Notes under the pieces: generated by a model
What the model saw: the letters and a program-made list of their open reading frames with translations, nothing else
What the model was told of the DNA's origin: nothing
Database searches by the model: none
Shown here: piece by piece, positions 29,281 through 39,836 of the stretch
Layout: every line of letters begins with the position of its first letter
How positions within the stretch are numbered: the first letter of the stretch is position 1
Assembly (NCBI GenBank): GCA_027021335.1
Contig: JALUUO010000016.1
Location: 1,776-65,775 of the forward strand
Reading direction: 5' to 3'
Length of the DNA: 64,000 nt
DNA from: Nitrospirota bacterium
GTDB lineage: Bacteria; Nitrospirota; Thermodesulfovibrionia; SZUA-242
Program-made: the position numbers and the translations under genes

Positions 29281-29952
29281 ATGCTTCAGTTTATGCAAAA
29301 ACATGCGAAGTGGTTCTTTCTGCCATTTCTGATGATAATCGTTACATTTATTTTCTGGGGAGTCGGTACCAATAACGCTAACCCTGTCCAGGTAGTGGCG
29401 GAAGTCGGCCCATACACAATAGATTCCCAGAGTTACTGGCGTAATTATGAGCGTATGCAAGATCTTTACCGGAATATTTTTCAAGGCCGGCTTACAGAAG
29501 AGATGCGGAAGAGTCTGGACTTAAAAAACAGGACCTTGGAAGAAATGATTTCTCAGAAGATTCTGCTTATAGCCGCGAAAGAAAATGGTATTCGAATAAG
29601 CGACAAGGAGCTTCAGAAAGCTATAATAAACGATCCTAACTTCATGCGTGACGGCCGCTTTGACAGGGATTTTTACCTAAATAGACTTAGGTTGAACAGA
29701 AGTACTGCTGCGCAGTATGAACAGTTACTCAGGGAGGATATGGCTGCTGACAGGATCAGAAAGATGGTAATGGAAGCCTTTATGCCGTATTCTTCCAAAG
29801 AGGCTTCTGGTGATAAAGACAATAAAATAGACAAAGCTCCGATGCTTAAGCGGCAGCAGACAGCTCTTAAAGCCTATATTGAAGGCTATAAAAGAAAACT
29901 GAGAAGACAAGGCGAGTACACTCTGAATCTGGACGTCATTTCCTCTTCTTAG
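29281..29952 (+). CDS. SurA N-terminal-domain-like periplasmic chaperone fragment (PpiD/SurA family). It appears short, so it is possibly truncated
   Basis: N-terminal TM MLQFMQKHAKWFFLPFLMIIVTFIFW, followed by a domain resembling the SurA/PpiD N-terminal chaperone domain. Confidence 0.4.
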   Translation: MLQFMQKHAKWFFLPFLMIIVTFIFWGVGTNNANPVQVVAEVGPYTIDSQSYWRNYERMQDLYRNIFQGRLTEEMRKSLDLKNRTLEEMISQKILLIAAKENGIRISDKELQKAIINDPNFMRDGRFDRDFYLNRLRLNRSTAAQYEQLLREDMAADRIRKMVMEAFMPYSSKEASGDKDNKIDKAPMLKRQQTALKAYIEGYKRKLRRQGEYTLNLDVISSS

Positions 29953-30033
29953 TAGAACTCAAAGCCGGTATCTTCTAAGCACAAAGATTATTTCAAAAAA
30001 AAGCCTTGACAGACAGACCTTGCAGGTATGCCT

Positions 30034-30519
30034 CTATTTGGGTAGCGCCTTAAACTCCCCGCTTTTCCCTCCCCGTTTTTCGAGCAGGTGTATATTGGTT
30101 ATAGAGATTCTACGGTCTACGGATTTACACATATCATAGATCGTAAGGGCGGCTGTTGAAACGGCTACAAGGGCTTCCATTTCCACACCGGTTCGTCCGT
30201 TTATTCTTACTGTAGAACGGATTTCTATTTGAGGAGGAATTTGCTTTACTTCGATGTCAACAGTTACAAAATTAATGTTTAAAGGGTGACAAAGAGGAAT
30301 CAGAGAAGATGTTTTTTTTGCCGCCATAATGCCGGCTAAACGGGCTACTGCCAGAACATCACCCTTTGCTATACCACCCTTCTGTATCAACCGCAGGGTT
30401 TCAGGTGCCATATTTACGATCCCTGCAGCCACAGCTTCACGTAGAGTGACCGGCTTTTCGCCCACATCGACCATACGGCAACATCCGTGTTCATCCAGGT
30501 GCGTTAGTTTATTATCCAC
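30034..30519 (-). CDS. moaC: Cyclic pyranopterin monophosphate synthase accessory protein MoaC
   Basis: 161 aa with a MoaC-family sequence (...[22 protein letters not shown]...). Confidence 0.9.
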   Translation of the reverse strand: MDNKLTHLDEHGCCRMVDVGEKPVTLREAVAAGIVNMAPETLRLIQKGGIAKGDVLAVARLAGIMAAKKTSSLIPLCHPLNINFVTVDIEVKQIPPQIEIRSTVRINGRTGVEMEALVAVSTAALTIYDMCKSVDRRISITNIHLLEKRGGKSGEFKALPK

Positions 30520-30556
30520 CAGAAAATAGCCTCAGATTCTGCGCAAAGACAACCCC

Positions 30557-31489
30557 TTACCTCGTCGTTTTGCTGATAGCCTTGAGTTTTCTTTTTGCAA
30601 GCTCTGCCTGGTGGGTTCCCGGAAACTTCTTCTCTACTCCATCGAGTAAAACTCTGGCAGTGCGCTCATCGCCGAGTTCTACAAAGGCGTAACCCTGTTT
30701 AAGCATAGCTGCTGGTACTTTTTCGCTCTGCCTGTACTTTCTGAGGACATCTTCGTATGCCAGTATAGCGTTTTCATAATCCTTTTCGGAGTAATATGTT
30801 TCGCCGATCCAGAACTGTGCATTTCCAGCATATTCATGGTTCGGAAATTTTTCTAGAAATGCTTTAAATGTCTCACGAGCTTTTACAAAATCCTTGGATT
30901 TATAAAGGTTATGCCCACGTTTGTATAAAGCCAGCGCTGATTCATCGGGTGTTTGGTCAATAACCTCCTCTTTCCCTTTAATTCCAGGAGATGCTGTTTC
31001 AGCAGCCGGTTGCGTGGGTAATGGTGGTGTTTGGGTGGAGGGTGTTGGCGAGAAAAGCCTAAATCTTTCCTCAAGGGCGCTGATTCTTATCATCAGCAGA
31101 TCTTTCTGATCGTTGAGTTTGTTAAGAGCCTGTTCCGTGTTGTATTGCATTTCGTCCAGGCGGCCCAGAAGCGATCTTGTTTCTCGATACAGATCTTCCA
31201 GCCGGAGTCCTAACTCTGCCTGGCTCTGTCTTATGTTCGTAAGAACTCCATTGTCGTCTGTAGCTGGCTTGTCAAATGCCTGGCGACCTGTTTCGCTTAT
31301 AGCAATACGATCACTTATTTCACGAACCTTGTTACGGTTTTCATAGGCAATTCTACGAGCTTCGTTTAAGTCGGCCTGCACTGTTCGCAAATCTTCAGTC
31401 GTAGCGCAACCGGCTATTGAAAATATGATGCAGACAGATGCCGCAAGCAATAAGCAGCGGCTGGAACCGACCCTATATGCGTTTTTCAT
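30557..31489 (-). CDS. ybgF: Tol-Pal system protein YbgF/CpoB (coiled-coil plus TPR)
   Basis: Signal peptide with lipobox-like AGC, a coiled-coil region and C-terminal TPR repeats. It lies downstream of pal. Confidence 0.75.
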   Translation of the reverse strand: MKNAYRVGSSRCLLLAASVCIIFSIAGCATTEDLRTVQADLNEARRIAYENRNKVREISDRIAISETGRQAFDKPATDDNGVLTNIRQSQAELGLRLEDLYRETRSLLGRLDEMQYNTEQALNKLNDQKDLLMIRISALEERFRLFSPTPSTQTPPLPTQPAAETASPGIKGKEEVIDQTPDESALALYKRGHNLYKSKDFVKARETFKAFLEKFPNHEYAGNAQFWIGETYYSEKDYENAILAYEDVLRKYRQSEKVPAAMLKQGYAFVELGDERTARVLLDGVEKKFPGTHQAELAKRKLKAISKTTR

Positions 31490-31501
31490 TTATTTATCTG
31501 T

Positions 31502-32089
31502 TTATTCTATTATGACAAAGTGACCGCGGCGGTTTTTTCTCCAGGCTTCCTCGTTATGTCCAGGGTCAAGTGGCCGTTCTTCACCATAAGTAATTGTTGC
31601 TATACGGTCTTTATCGACTCCTGAGGCTAAAAGATAGTTTTTTGCAGCCCTTGCCCGGCGTTCTCCGAGTGCAAGATTGTATTCGTCGGTGCCTCGTTCG
31701 TCGCAATGCCCTTCAATAGTAACCTTGCTATATGGGTTTTTTATCATCCAATCTGCCAAACGTGCCAACGTGGCTTGATCTTCAGGTCTTATATCATACT
31801 TGTCGTAATCGAAGTGAATGTCTTTAAAGTCTTTCTGAATTTTTTCTTCTTCCACGACGGCAGGAGGCTGTGTGCCAACATCAATCTGTTCACGAGGGAC
31901 TCCTGCAACCTCCACTTCCTCCGGGCTTATAGGTTCTACTACCTCCACTCCTGAAACAGCCGGTTCAGCCTGGACATCTTCCTGTTGCTGCGGTTCCGGT
32001 TGAACCACAGTATGTTTCTTTGAACAAGAACTGAAGAGAACTGCTGTTGCAAGCAGAATCAATCCTGTGTAAAATCCTCTTTTCATCAT
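31502..32089 (-). CDS. pal: Peptidoglycan-associated lipoprotein (OmpA-like domain)
   Basis: Lipobox LFSSCS. OmpA-C motif IEGHCDERGTDEYNLALGERRA. Confidence 0.9.
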   Translation of the reverse strand: MMKRGFYTGLILLATAVLFSSCSKKHTVVQPEPQQQEDVQAEPAVSGVEVVEPISPEEVEVAGVPREQIDVGTQPPAVVEEEKIQKDFKDIHFDYDKYDIRPEDQATLARLADWMIKNPYSKVTIEGHCDERGTDEYNLALGERRARAAKNYLLASGVDKDRIATITYGEERPLDPGHNEEAWRKNRRGHFVIIE

Positions 32090-32261
32090 TATTATTATCC
32101 TCCATTAAGATTTAGTTGTTTGTGTTTGTTCGGACGCTGCTTTGTCGTTCGAAACTAAAACGTAACATTCATTTTATATTAAATGTTTTTTTTGCTCAAG
32201 TCTGTTGGCTTTTTTTCTTTCTTTAATCAAAATTACAATACTTATTTTTTAATTGTTTAAC

Positions 32262-33551
32262 TCAAAAACGAAGCAACGGCGACCAGCTGGGTGATGTGGC
32301 ATTCTGGCCTTTTGACGATATACGGCGTTTTTTATCACCGTTTGCCAGCATTATGTAAATAGAGCTTTCACCTTTCCAGCCCGACGAGAAAGCTATGTAA
32401 CGTCCATCCGGGGACCATGCCGGAGAGTCGTTCGACCTTTTACTGGTAAGTTGTGTAAGCGCATTTCCCTCAGGAGTGACCGTAAATATATGCAAGGCTC
32501 CATCTGTTCTTCCGACAAAAGCGATCCTGTCACCCCTTGGAGACCAAGCTGGGGATGTATTGTAATTGCCTTTGAATGTTATGCGCTTGGCAGGACCGCC
32601 TCTTACGCTCATAACATAAATCTGGGGTGTCCCACCCCTGTCTGAAACAAAAGCTATTCGCCTTCCATCAGGGCTTACCGTAGGAGATACATCAATTCCT
32701 ATGTCGTTAGTGATTTTTCTCAAATTTTTGCCGTTCAGTCCTATTCTGAACAGTTTTGTACCCCCTTTTTGCGAGGCTGAGAAATACAGGGTTTGGCTGT
32801 CAGGATCGAATGAACCGGGCAGGCTTAGATTGCTGTTTCCGTAGAGAAGACGTTCGTCCGCCTTTGAAAGGTCCAGCAGGTAAAGCCCCCACCTGCCTTG
32901 ACGAAGTGATGAGTATGCCATGTAACGTCCTGTCCGAGACCATTTTGGAAGCATTGTAAGGGTATGGGTTCTCGTCATTCTTCTGGCACGTTTGCCATCC
33001 CAGTCCATGAGATAGATTTCTTTACCGCTGCCTGATTTTACCACGTAGGCTATCCTGGTACGAAAAACACTATCATGCCCGGTAAGCGCTTCATACACGT
33101 CACTCGAAATCTGGTGGGCCAGGCTTCTTAGCAGTGTAACATCGCTTTGATACTGACGCTGGAAAATAGCACGGTTTTCTATTGGGTCGTACAAAGAGGC
33201 CTCAGCCAGAAGTTTCTGGCCTGTTTTATCAAACTTTACAGTACCTTTCAGCACTGCTTCAACATTTAAAGGTAACCAGTTGTCCTGAGAAAAGGGAGAA
33301 CCTGGAGACTCTAAATATGCTTTTGGATTGATCACCTGAAATGCATGTGTGAACTCAAGGTCACTCCGTATTATTGCTGCCAGGCCGGGATCTGATGTGA
33401 AGTTTGAAATAGCCACCGGCATACGAATGTCAAAAGATGTGATATCAATATATACCCTGGCCAAGCCACGCACCGGCGAAAGAAAAACGACGGCTGCAAC
33501 AACAACTTGAAAACAAAGCTTCAGAAGATATTGAAATTTTGATTTATACAT
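32262..33551 (-). CDS. tolB: Tol-Pal system beta-propeller protein TolB
   Basis: 429 aa with a signal peptide and repeated WD40-like/TolB beta-propeller motifs (PAWSPDGRYIAF, SPSWSP). Confidence 0.88.
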   Translation of the reverse strand: MYKSKFQYLLKLCFQVVVAAVVFLSPVRGLARVYIDITSFDIRMPVAISNFTSDPGLAAIIRSDLEFTHAFQVINPKAYLESPGSPFSQDNWLPLNVEAVLKGTVKFDKTGQKLLAEASLYDPIENRAIFQRQYQSDVTLLRSLAHQISSDVYEALTGHDSVFRTRIAYVVKSGSGKEIYLMDWDGKRARRMTRTHTLTMLPKWSRTGRYMAYSSLRQGRWGLYLLDLSKADERLLYGNSNLSLPGSFDPDSQTLYFSASQKGGTKLFRIGLNGKNLRKITNDIGIDVSPTVSPDGRRIAFVSDRGGTPQIYVMSVRGGPAKRITFKGNYNTSPAWSPRGDRIAFVGRTDGALHIFTVTPEGNALTQLTSKRSNDSPAWSPDGRYIAFSSGWKGESSIYIMLANGDKKRRISSKGQNATSPSWSPLLRF

Positions 33552-34364
33552 TTATTGAATATCTTCAGGCCTGAACCTGAATTGGATCTCAGTGTCTACA
33601 CCTTCCGGCGGTGGTGGAAACGGAGAGGCTTTGGCTATCGCTCTTAGCACAGAACGGTCGAAGTCTGGATTTCCTGAACTTTTTACAATACTTTGTTTCT
33701 GCACGCCACCCTGTTTACTTAATGAAATAAGCACTTCAGCCTCCAGCCTGTCAACTGCTTTTCCGGTGTAGACCCACCGCTCAAGCACTCGATATCGAAT
33801 TATACCGTAGTAAACCGCTGTAGCCTCCGGCGAGATGGTTTTTTGCCTTTTGGCCGCAGTCTCCTCACCCTCTTTTTCCAGTTTGTATCCGCCGATAGAA
33901 GCCCTCAACTTTTTCAGCCGTTCAAGCCGGTCAATTTTTTTAAGCCTCTCTATTTTGTTCCTAACTATTTCTTCGGGCGACTCTTTCGACTCGGGTTCCG
34001 GCTTTTTTGTACGATTGTTGCGGAGCGCCGGACTGCTGTCCGGCTTAACTGCAGGGGGTTTCTTTTTTGCTTTGGCTGCTGGTTTCTTCTTTGTTGCCTT
34101 TTTTGTTTTCTTAGCCGCCGGCTTTTTTTTCTTTTTTATCGATTTTGGTGCTGGTTTCTTTTTTTTTGCCGTTTTTGCCGATTTCTTTGGTATTTTTTTA
34201 GCCGGCTGCGATGGCGTTACCAGGTTTACAAAATAAGGATTTGGAGTCACATAACGGCGTGTCTTAAAGGAAAAGGTCAGTCCTGAAAGCAAAATGACCG
34301 CAGCATGCACCAGTAGCGATACGAAAGCCATCCTTCCAAACGAGGGATCACGTCTTAAAAACAC
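33552..34364 (-). CDS. tolA: TolA (TonB-family energy transducer, with a Lys/Pro/Ala-rich linker and TonB_C-like domain)
   Basis: N-terminal TM, a KKKKPAPKSIKKKKKPAAKK... linker and a C-terminal TonB/TolA domain. It lies between tolR and tolB. Confidence 0.75.
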   Translation of the reverse strand: MFLRRDPSFGRMAFVSLLVHAAVILLSGLTFSFKTRRYVTPNPYFVNLVTPSQPAKKIPKKSAKTAKKKKPAPKSIKKKKKPAAKKTKKATKKKPAAKAKKKPPAVKPDSSPALRNNRTKKPEPESKESPEEIVRNKIERLKKIDRLERLKKLRASIGGYKLEKEGEETAAKRQKTISPEATAVYYGIIRYRVLERWVYTGKAVDRLEAEVLISLSKQGGVQKQSIVKSSGNPDFDRSVLRAIAKASPFPPPPEGVDTEIQFRFRPEDIQ

Positions 34365-34370
34365 CCTGTT

Positions 34371-34775
34371 TTACCTCTGAAGGGGCTCTGTTACCATCCC
34401 CAGTTTATCTATTCCAGCCTCCCGTATCTCACCCATAACCGTTGCGACCAAACCATAGGGTATGTTTTTATCCGCTTTTAGGAAAATTTCTTTGTTTTCC
34501 CTGTTTGCGAAAATCAGCTTAAGTTTTTTTTGAAGTTCAGGCACTGCAATTTCCGCCTTATTGATGTAGACCTTCGAGTTTTTCTTTATGGTAACAACAA
34601 CCCTTTCCTTGGCCGGCAGGGCTTTTCCCTTGGCTTGGGGAAGGTTTACATCCACGCCTTGCTGTAACATGGGTGCGGTAACCATAAATATGACCAGAAG
34701 AACCATCATGACGTCAACGAAAGGCGTCACATTGATTTCAGACATGGCACGGCCTCTTAATCTATTGCTCTGCAT
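34371..34775 (-). CDS. tolR: TolR/ExbD biopolymer transport protein
   Basis: 134 aa. ExbD/TolR family, with a single TM VTPFVDVMMVLLVIFMV. Confidence 0.85.
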   Translation of the reverse strand: MQSNRLRGRAMSEINVTPFVDVMMVLLVIFMVTAPMLQQGVDVNLPQAKGKALPAKERVVVTIKKNSKVYINKAEIAVPELQKKLKLIFANRENKEIFLKADKNIPYGLVATVMGEIREAGIDKLGMVTEPLQR

Positions 34776-35388
34776 CGCTCCTCGTGAAGTACTCCACCAG
34801 CGCCTGGTCGAAGTCTTCCATCTGTATTGTGATCAGCCGTACTCGGCTGAGATAGTAGTTATATGCTATTACTGCAGGTATAGCGGCCACAAGACCGGCT
34901 GCGGTGGCGATTAGAGCTTCCGCTATACCAGGGGCTACCACAGCCAGGTTGGCTGCTCCAGCAGCGCCTATACCGCGAAACGAGTTCATAATTCCCCATA
35001 CTGTTCCGAAAAGCCCGATAAAAGGGGTGGTCGACCCCGTAGTCGCCAGAAAATTAAGGTATCGCTCCATCCTGGCTGTTTCAAGCCCTTCCACTCGTCT
35101 GACAATATGCCGATATTCGTCCCGGTCTGTTCCTGGCGGTTCTTCGGCCATAGCTCTGAACAGGGTGGCCATAGGGCTGTAACGCATTCCACGAATTAGA
35201 CTTTCGATGTTCTTGTGCCGCTGGAAATTTCGGGTAAACTTATCGTTTTCCTTTTCTACCCGTCTGAGAAATGAGAATTTATACAGTATAATCGCCCAAG
35301 AATAAACAGAGAAGAACAAAAGAAGCGCCATGACCCCCTTGACCACAAAGTCGGCGTTTGAGATAAGATGGAAAATACTGGTATTCAT
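34762..35388 (-). CDS. tolQ: TolQ/ExbB proton-channel protein
   Basis: 208 aa. MotA/TolQ/ExbB family with three TM helices. Confidence 0.85.
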   Translation of the reverse strand: MNTSIFHLISNADFVVKGVMALLLFFSVYSWAIILYKFSFLRRVEKENDKFTRNFQRHKNIESLIRGMRYSPMATLFRAMAEEPPGTDRDEYRHIVRRVEGLETARMERYLNFLATTGSTTPFIGLFGTVWGIMNSFRGIGAAGAANLAVVAPGIAEALIATAAGLVAAIPAVIAYNYYLSRVRLITIQMEDFDQALVEYFTRSDAEQ

Positions 35389-35512
35389 AGCTCCTTGTTA
35401 AAACCTCAATGAAAAAAATGAATTGTTATGGTGCCGGTGTTTCATTTACACCCAGGCGCAATCTATAATAACAGAAAGTAAAAAATATGTTGACCCAAGA
35501 AGTTAATTTAAT

Positions 35513-36907
35513 ATGATTGACAAATTTCACGAGGAATGCGGTGTTTTAGGTGTTTACAACCACAGTGAAGCCGCCAACCTGGCGTATCTGGGTCTTTACG
35601 CACTCCAGCACCGCGGGCAAGAGGGCGCCGGTATCTGCTCATCGGACGGCAAACAGCTGCATCTTGAGAAAGGCATGGGTCTTGTAGCGGATATTTTTAC
35701 CGAGAGACGTCTTCAAAAGCTTCATGGACATATGGCGGTAGGACATAACCGTTACTCCACGGCCGGTTCTTCGGCTTTGAAGAACGTTCAGCCTATACTG
35801 GTCAACTACTCGCTTGGTTCTTTAACCATAGCTCACAACGGAAACCTCATAAATGCTTCTGAAATTAGAAAAGAACTGGAAGAAGAAGGAGCTATATTTC
35901 AATCGAACTCCGACAGCGAGGTAATTGTTCACCTGATTGCTCATGCCAAGTCGGGTGATCTGCATGAACGCATAGTAGAGGCGGTAAAACGAATATCAGG
36001 CGCTTTCAGTCTGATTCTGATGACGGAAAGAGAAATGATCGTAGTGCGTGATCCGTATGGTTTTCGGCCCCTCTCCATAGGCGAACATGATGGCGCCTGG
36101 ATTATCAGCTCTGAAACCTGTGCTTTTGACCTGGTCGGAGCCCAATATGTGCGGGATGTGGAACCGGGGGAGATACTGATAATCAACGAGAACGGTCTTC
36201 AATCTCTAACGTTTTCAAACGCGCAGCGGCAGACGCACTGCATATTTGAGTTTATCTATTTTTCCAGGCCTGACAGCAATATTTTTGGAAACCTGAGCGT
36301 GAATGAAATCCGGAAGGACCTTGGGCGTGAATTAGCCCGTAACTACGGTGTGGAGGCTGATCTTGTTATTCCGGTGCCTGATTCAGGTGTGCCTGCCGCT
36401 CTTGGATATGCTGAAGCCAGCGGTATTCCTTTTGACTTCGGACTTGTGCGTAACCATTATGTCGGTCGTACGTTTATCGAGCCGCGGCAGACTATCAGAC
36501 ATTTTGGGGTGAAGATAAAACTTAATCCTGTCCGAAAGCTTCTTGAAGGCAGGCGGGTTGTTGTTGTGGATGATTCTATCGTGCGGGGTACCACAAGCAA
36601 GAAGATTGTTAAGATGCTAAAAGAGAGCGGCGGCGCAAAAGAAGTGCATATGCGAATCAGTTCACCACCGACAATTGCTCCATGCTATTATGGTATTGAT
36701 ACGCCAAGCAAAAGAGAGTTGATAGCATCAAACCACAGTATTGAAGAGATAAAAAAATACATAACCGCAGATTCCATGGCTTACCTGAATACTGAAAACC
36801 TTCTGAGTGTGGTTCCAAACCCGGATGACTACTGCACAGCCTGTTTCGACAACCAGTACCCGCTCAGGTTTCCGCTTCAGCAACTTAACCAAATGTCGTT
36901 GTTTTAA
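35513..36907 (+). CDS. purF: Amidophosphoribosyltransferase
   Basis: N-terminal M-CGVLGVY (Ntn glutaminase Cys). PRTase motif VVVVDDSIVRGTT. C-terminal FeS cysteines CYYG...C..C. Confidence 0.92.
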   Translation: MIDKFHEECGVLGVYNHSEAANLAYLGLYALQHRGQEGAGICSSDGKQLHLEKGMGLVADIFTERRLQKLHGHMAVGHNRYSTAGSSALKNVQPILVNYSLGSLTIAHNGNLINASEIRKELEEEGAIFQSNSDSEVIVHLIAHAKSGDLHERIVEAVKRISGAFSLILMTEREMIVVRDPYGFRPLSIGEHDGAWIISSETCAFDLVGAQYVRDVEPGEILIINENGLQSLTFSNAQRQTHCIFEFIYFSRPDSNIFGNLSVNEIRKDLGRELARNYGVEADLVIPVPDSGVPAALGYAEASGIPFDFGLVRNHYVGRTFIEPRQTIRHFGVKIKLNPVRKLLEGRRVVVVDDSIVRGTTSKKIVKMLKESGGAKEVHMRISSPPTIAPCYYGIDTPSKRELIASNHSIEEIKKYITADSMAYLNTENLLSVVPNPDDYCTACFDNQYPLRFPLQQLNQMSLF

Positions 36908-37037
36908 AACAGAAATTGAGTATATTCTTATATGTAATATTTACTGGTTTAGGATTGATTGGCTTTATGAGATTGACGTGGCTTATTTAGTAAATCAACC
37001 AGTGTATCTCCTTGGCGGTTTTATACTTATTTTCGTT

Positions 37038-37547
37038 CTACTTATAGCGGTTTACACTAAAACGCTGAATTTCAACGTTAGTGTCTGAAGGATCTATGCC
37101 GGCCTTGCGCTTAGCAATATCGATTTGTTCCAAAGCAGTCTCAACACCTTCGATGTCCGGAAGAAGCAGGCCTCGTGCATTTCCTTTTGTTACAATAACT
37201 CCGAAACGTTTAGGATCAAGATCCTCAGGCCCTGTAACTGGCTCTGAAGGCCCAAGAACGTCTACAGTATAGCTGAGTTCACTGAGTTCCTCCGGTCTGA
37301 CAGCAGGAAAGCGCGGGTCTTTTGAGCATGCACTGATCGCATTTTCGATAACTTCATCGGCCATAGAAGGTTGTTTTGGTGTAAGTGTGCCTATACAGCC
37401 ACGCAGCTGTGCTGATTTTTTAATACAGATAAAAACGGCAGAAGGCCTAAGAAACTCGTCTGCTATATCTTCAGGAACAGCTAACCGCTCTTTGTGTTCA
37501 ACAAATGTTTCAACCGCTTTTTTTGCGAGCTTTACAAGCGGATGCAT
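37038..37547 (-). CDS. AMMECR1-domain protein
   Basis: AMMECR1-like core (...AVFICIKKSAQLRGCIGT...). The start is taken at the internal MHPLVKLAKK, just after the ispB-like stop. Confidence 0.6.
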   Translation of the reverse strand: MHPLVKLAKKAVETFVEHKERLAVPEDIADEFLRPSAVFICIKKSAQLRGCIGTLTPKQPSMADEVIENAISACSKDPRFPAVRPEELSELSYTVDVLGPSEPVTGPEDLDPKRFGVIVTKGNARGLLLPDIEGVETALEQIDIAKRKAGIDPSDTNVEIQRFSVNRYK

Positions 37548-37548
37548 G

Positions 37549-38535
37549 TTAGTGTTCCCGGTATAGGGCGTAATCTGCAATAGCCAAAAGCGAATCTTTG
37601 GCGCGGGATGGCGGAAAATCACTCAGCATTGCCTTTGCTTCCTCCATGATTTCCCTGGCACGTGCAAGGGAAGTCTCCAGGGTGCCATACTTATTGAATA
37701 ATCCCATTATATAGTCCAGGTCTGATTCTTCCAGTGTGTCCGAGGCGATAATGCTGCTTACACGCGAGTGTTCCGAGGGGTTGGCTTCGCGAAGAAGGTA
37801 TATAACAGGCAAGGTGATTTTCCCTTCGGCAAGGTCTTTGCCCAGGCTTTTGCCCAGTTTGTCTTCCGCCGCCTTATAGTCGAGAAGGTCATCCGCTATC
37901 TGAAAAGCAATGCCCAACTTCAACCCGAAACCGGCCAAGGCCTCTTCCTGCCATGAAGGACCTTTAGAGAGTATCGGCCCCATACGGCAAGCGGCTGATA
38001 TCAACGCTGCTGTTTTTCCTCTTACTATCTGCATATAGTCGTCTTCAACAATAGATGGATCGCCTATCCTTGATAGTTGCAGGAGTTCAGCTTCGGTCAT
38101 GCGGGTTGTGGCCTCTGAGAGAGTGTCCATTATTTTCTGGCTTTTAAGGGAAACTGCAATTCTGAGGGCGTTTGAGTACATGAAGTCTCCTACAAGCACT
38201 ATCACTTCGTTTCCCCACACGGAGTGGGCCGCAGGCTTACCGCGCCTGACAACGGCATCATCCACGATATCGTCATGAAGCAGAGATGCGGTATGAATGG
38301 TTTCGATAACACTGCCAAGCACTTTGGTGTACTTGCCGGTATAACCGGATATTTCAGCGCCGAGTATGACAAGAAACGGCCGCAGGCGTTTGCCGCCGCA
38401 TACAAGGTACCTGCCTATGGCTGGAATCTGAGGAACAGGTGAAGACAGGTCCTTAAGAATCTGCTCGTCTACCTCGTCCAGAGTCTGCCGGTATGCATCC
38501 CAGATATCCTGGATGGTCATGTCTTTCACAATCAT
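37549..38535 (-). CDS. ispB: Polyprenyl diphosphate synthase (trans-IPPS; octaprenyl/heptaprenyl type)
   Basis: First DDxxD motif LLHDDIVDDAVVRRG and second DDxxD motif FQIADDLLD. 328 aa. Confidence 0.8.
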   Translation of the reverse strand: MIVKDMTIQDIWDAYRQTLDEVDEQILKDLSSPVPQIPAIGRYLVCGGKRLRPFLVILGAEISGYTGKYTKVLGSVIETIHTASLLHDDIVDDAVVRRGKPAAHSVWGNEVIVLVGDFMYSNALRIAVSLKSQKIMDTLSEATTRMTEAELLQLSRIGDPSIVEDDYMQIVRGKTAALISAACRMGPILSKGPSWQEEALAGFGLKLGIAFQIADDLLDYKAAEDKLGKSLGKDLAEGKITLPVIYLLREANPSEHSRVSSIIASDTLEESDLDYIMGLFNKYGTLETSLARAREIMEEAKAMLSDFPPSRAKDSLLAIADYALYREH

Positions 38536-39653
38536 GATTTAGATCTCGCAGCGGTCGCATCATTCGCGGTGGTCGCACCACTTGAGACCGTATCAATACG
38601 GATTGCTTCCAGGTCCTGGGCAGGGTCTTTTAGTTTTTTCAGGTCTGACGGACGAAAGGCTCCTTTTTCCGTAAAAAAAGCAGCTACATAGCGTGCCGGT
38701 GTAACATCAAAGGCCGGGTTGCGCACCTTGACACCCTCAGGGGCGATTCTACATCGTCCGAAAACGTTAGTCACCTCTTCGCTGTCTCGTTCCTCTATTG
38801 GTATCATAGCGCCGTTTTTTATAGAAAGGTCGATACTGCTCAGAGGAGCGGCTACATAAAATGGAATACCGTTTTCAGCGGCCAGCACAGCGACGGGGTA
38901 AGTGCCTATTTTATTAGCAACGTCTCCATTTCTTACTGTTCTGTCCGTGCCCACAATGACAAGATCGACTTCGCCATTAAGCATCAGGCTGCCGGCCGCA
39001 ACATCAGAGATCAGTGTTACGTCTATTCCGTCTTCCATGAGTTCCCACGCTGTAAGACGCGCACCTTGAAGCACAGGTCGTGTTTCATCCGCAATCACCT
39101 TTATTTTTTTTCCTTGCTCATGCGCTACACGGATAGCTGCTGTAGCGGTTCCGTAATAGCCTCCAGTGGCCAGGGAGCCTGCATTGCAGTGTGTAAGAAT
39201 TGTATCTCCGTCACGTATAAATGATGCGCCGGCTTCACCGATTGCGCGGTTGATCTCTATGTCTTCCTCCAGAATCTTCTGCGATTCGTCTTTCAAGCGT
39301 TTTTTAAGCGCTTCTATCGACTCATTCCTGTGTTTTTCCAGCATATCGAACATGTGTTCCATGGCCCATTGTATATTGACTGCTGTAGGACGGGTGGCAA
39401 GAATAGAATCACGTACCGGCGCCAGTTTCTTTATGAACTCTTCGTATGTTTCTGCCGAAAGATCGGATGCTCCCAGGGCAAGACCCATGGCTGCGGCTAT
39501 GCCTATGGCGGGAGCTCCCCTTATCCAGAGCTTTTGAATGCCTTCCGCCACTTTAATGTAGTCATCACAGTCAACATAGATGGTCTCAAGGGGAAGGCGG
39601 CTCTGATCAAGCATCTTTACGATACCGTTTTCCCAGTATATTGTTTTTATCAT
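38532..39653 (-). CDS. mtnA: S-methyl-5-thioribose-1-phosphate isomerase (eIF-2B-related)
   Basis: MIKTIYWENGIVKMLDQSRLPLETIYVDC...RGAPAIGIAAAMG, the MtnA/eIF2B family. Confidence 0.85.
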   Translation of the reverse strand: MIKTIYWENGIVKMLDQSRLPLETIYVDCDDYIKVAEGIQKLWIRGAPAIGIAAAMGLALGASDLSAETYEEFIKKLAPVRDSILATRPTAVNIQWAMEHMFDMLEKHRNESIEALKKRLKDESQKILEEDIEINRAIGEAGASFIRDGDTILTHCNAGSLATGGYYGTATAAIRVAHEQGKKIKVIADETRPVLQGARLTAWELMEDGIDVTLISDVAAGSLMLNGEVDLVIVGTDRTVRNGDVANKIGTYPVAVLAAENGIPFYVAAPLSSIDLSIKNGAMIPIEERDSEEVTNVFGRCRIAPEGVKVRNPAFDVTPARYVAAFFTEKGAFRPSDLKKLKDPAQDLEAIRIDTVSSGATTANDATAARSKS

Positions 39654-39836
39654 TACTCCTGCTCCCCCTTCTTGTTTAATAAAACTTATCGTTTAAAATT
39701 TTGGATACCGCCACGAAACAACACGGCTATAATTTTAGCACTAAGGAAGCCTTACAGGCAATAAGCTCCGGGCTTATAGATTTAGAGCTATTTGCCGAAA
39801 CAATAATATAAGGGTAAAATTGTAACGTTTATAGCT

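Noticed and set aside
33835-34286. Plus-strand ORFs of 133 and 147 aa, rich in F and L, inside tolA
   Set aside because: They are the antisense reading of the Lys-rich (AAG/AAA) linker of TolA, giving poly-Phe/Leu artefacts.
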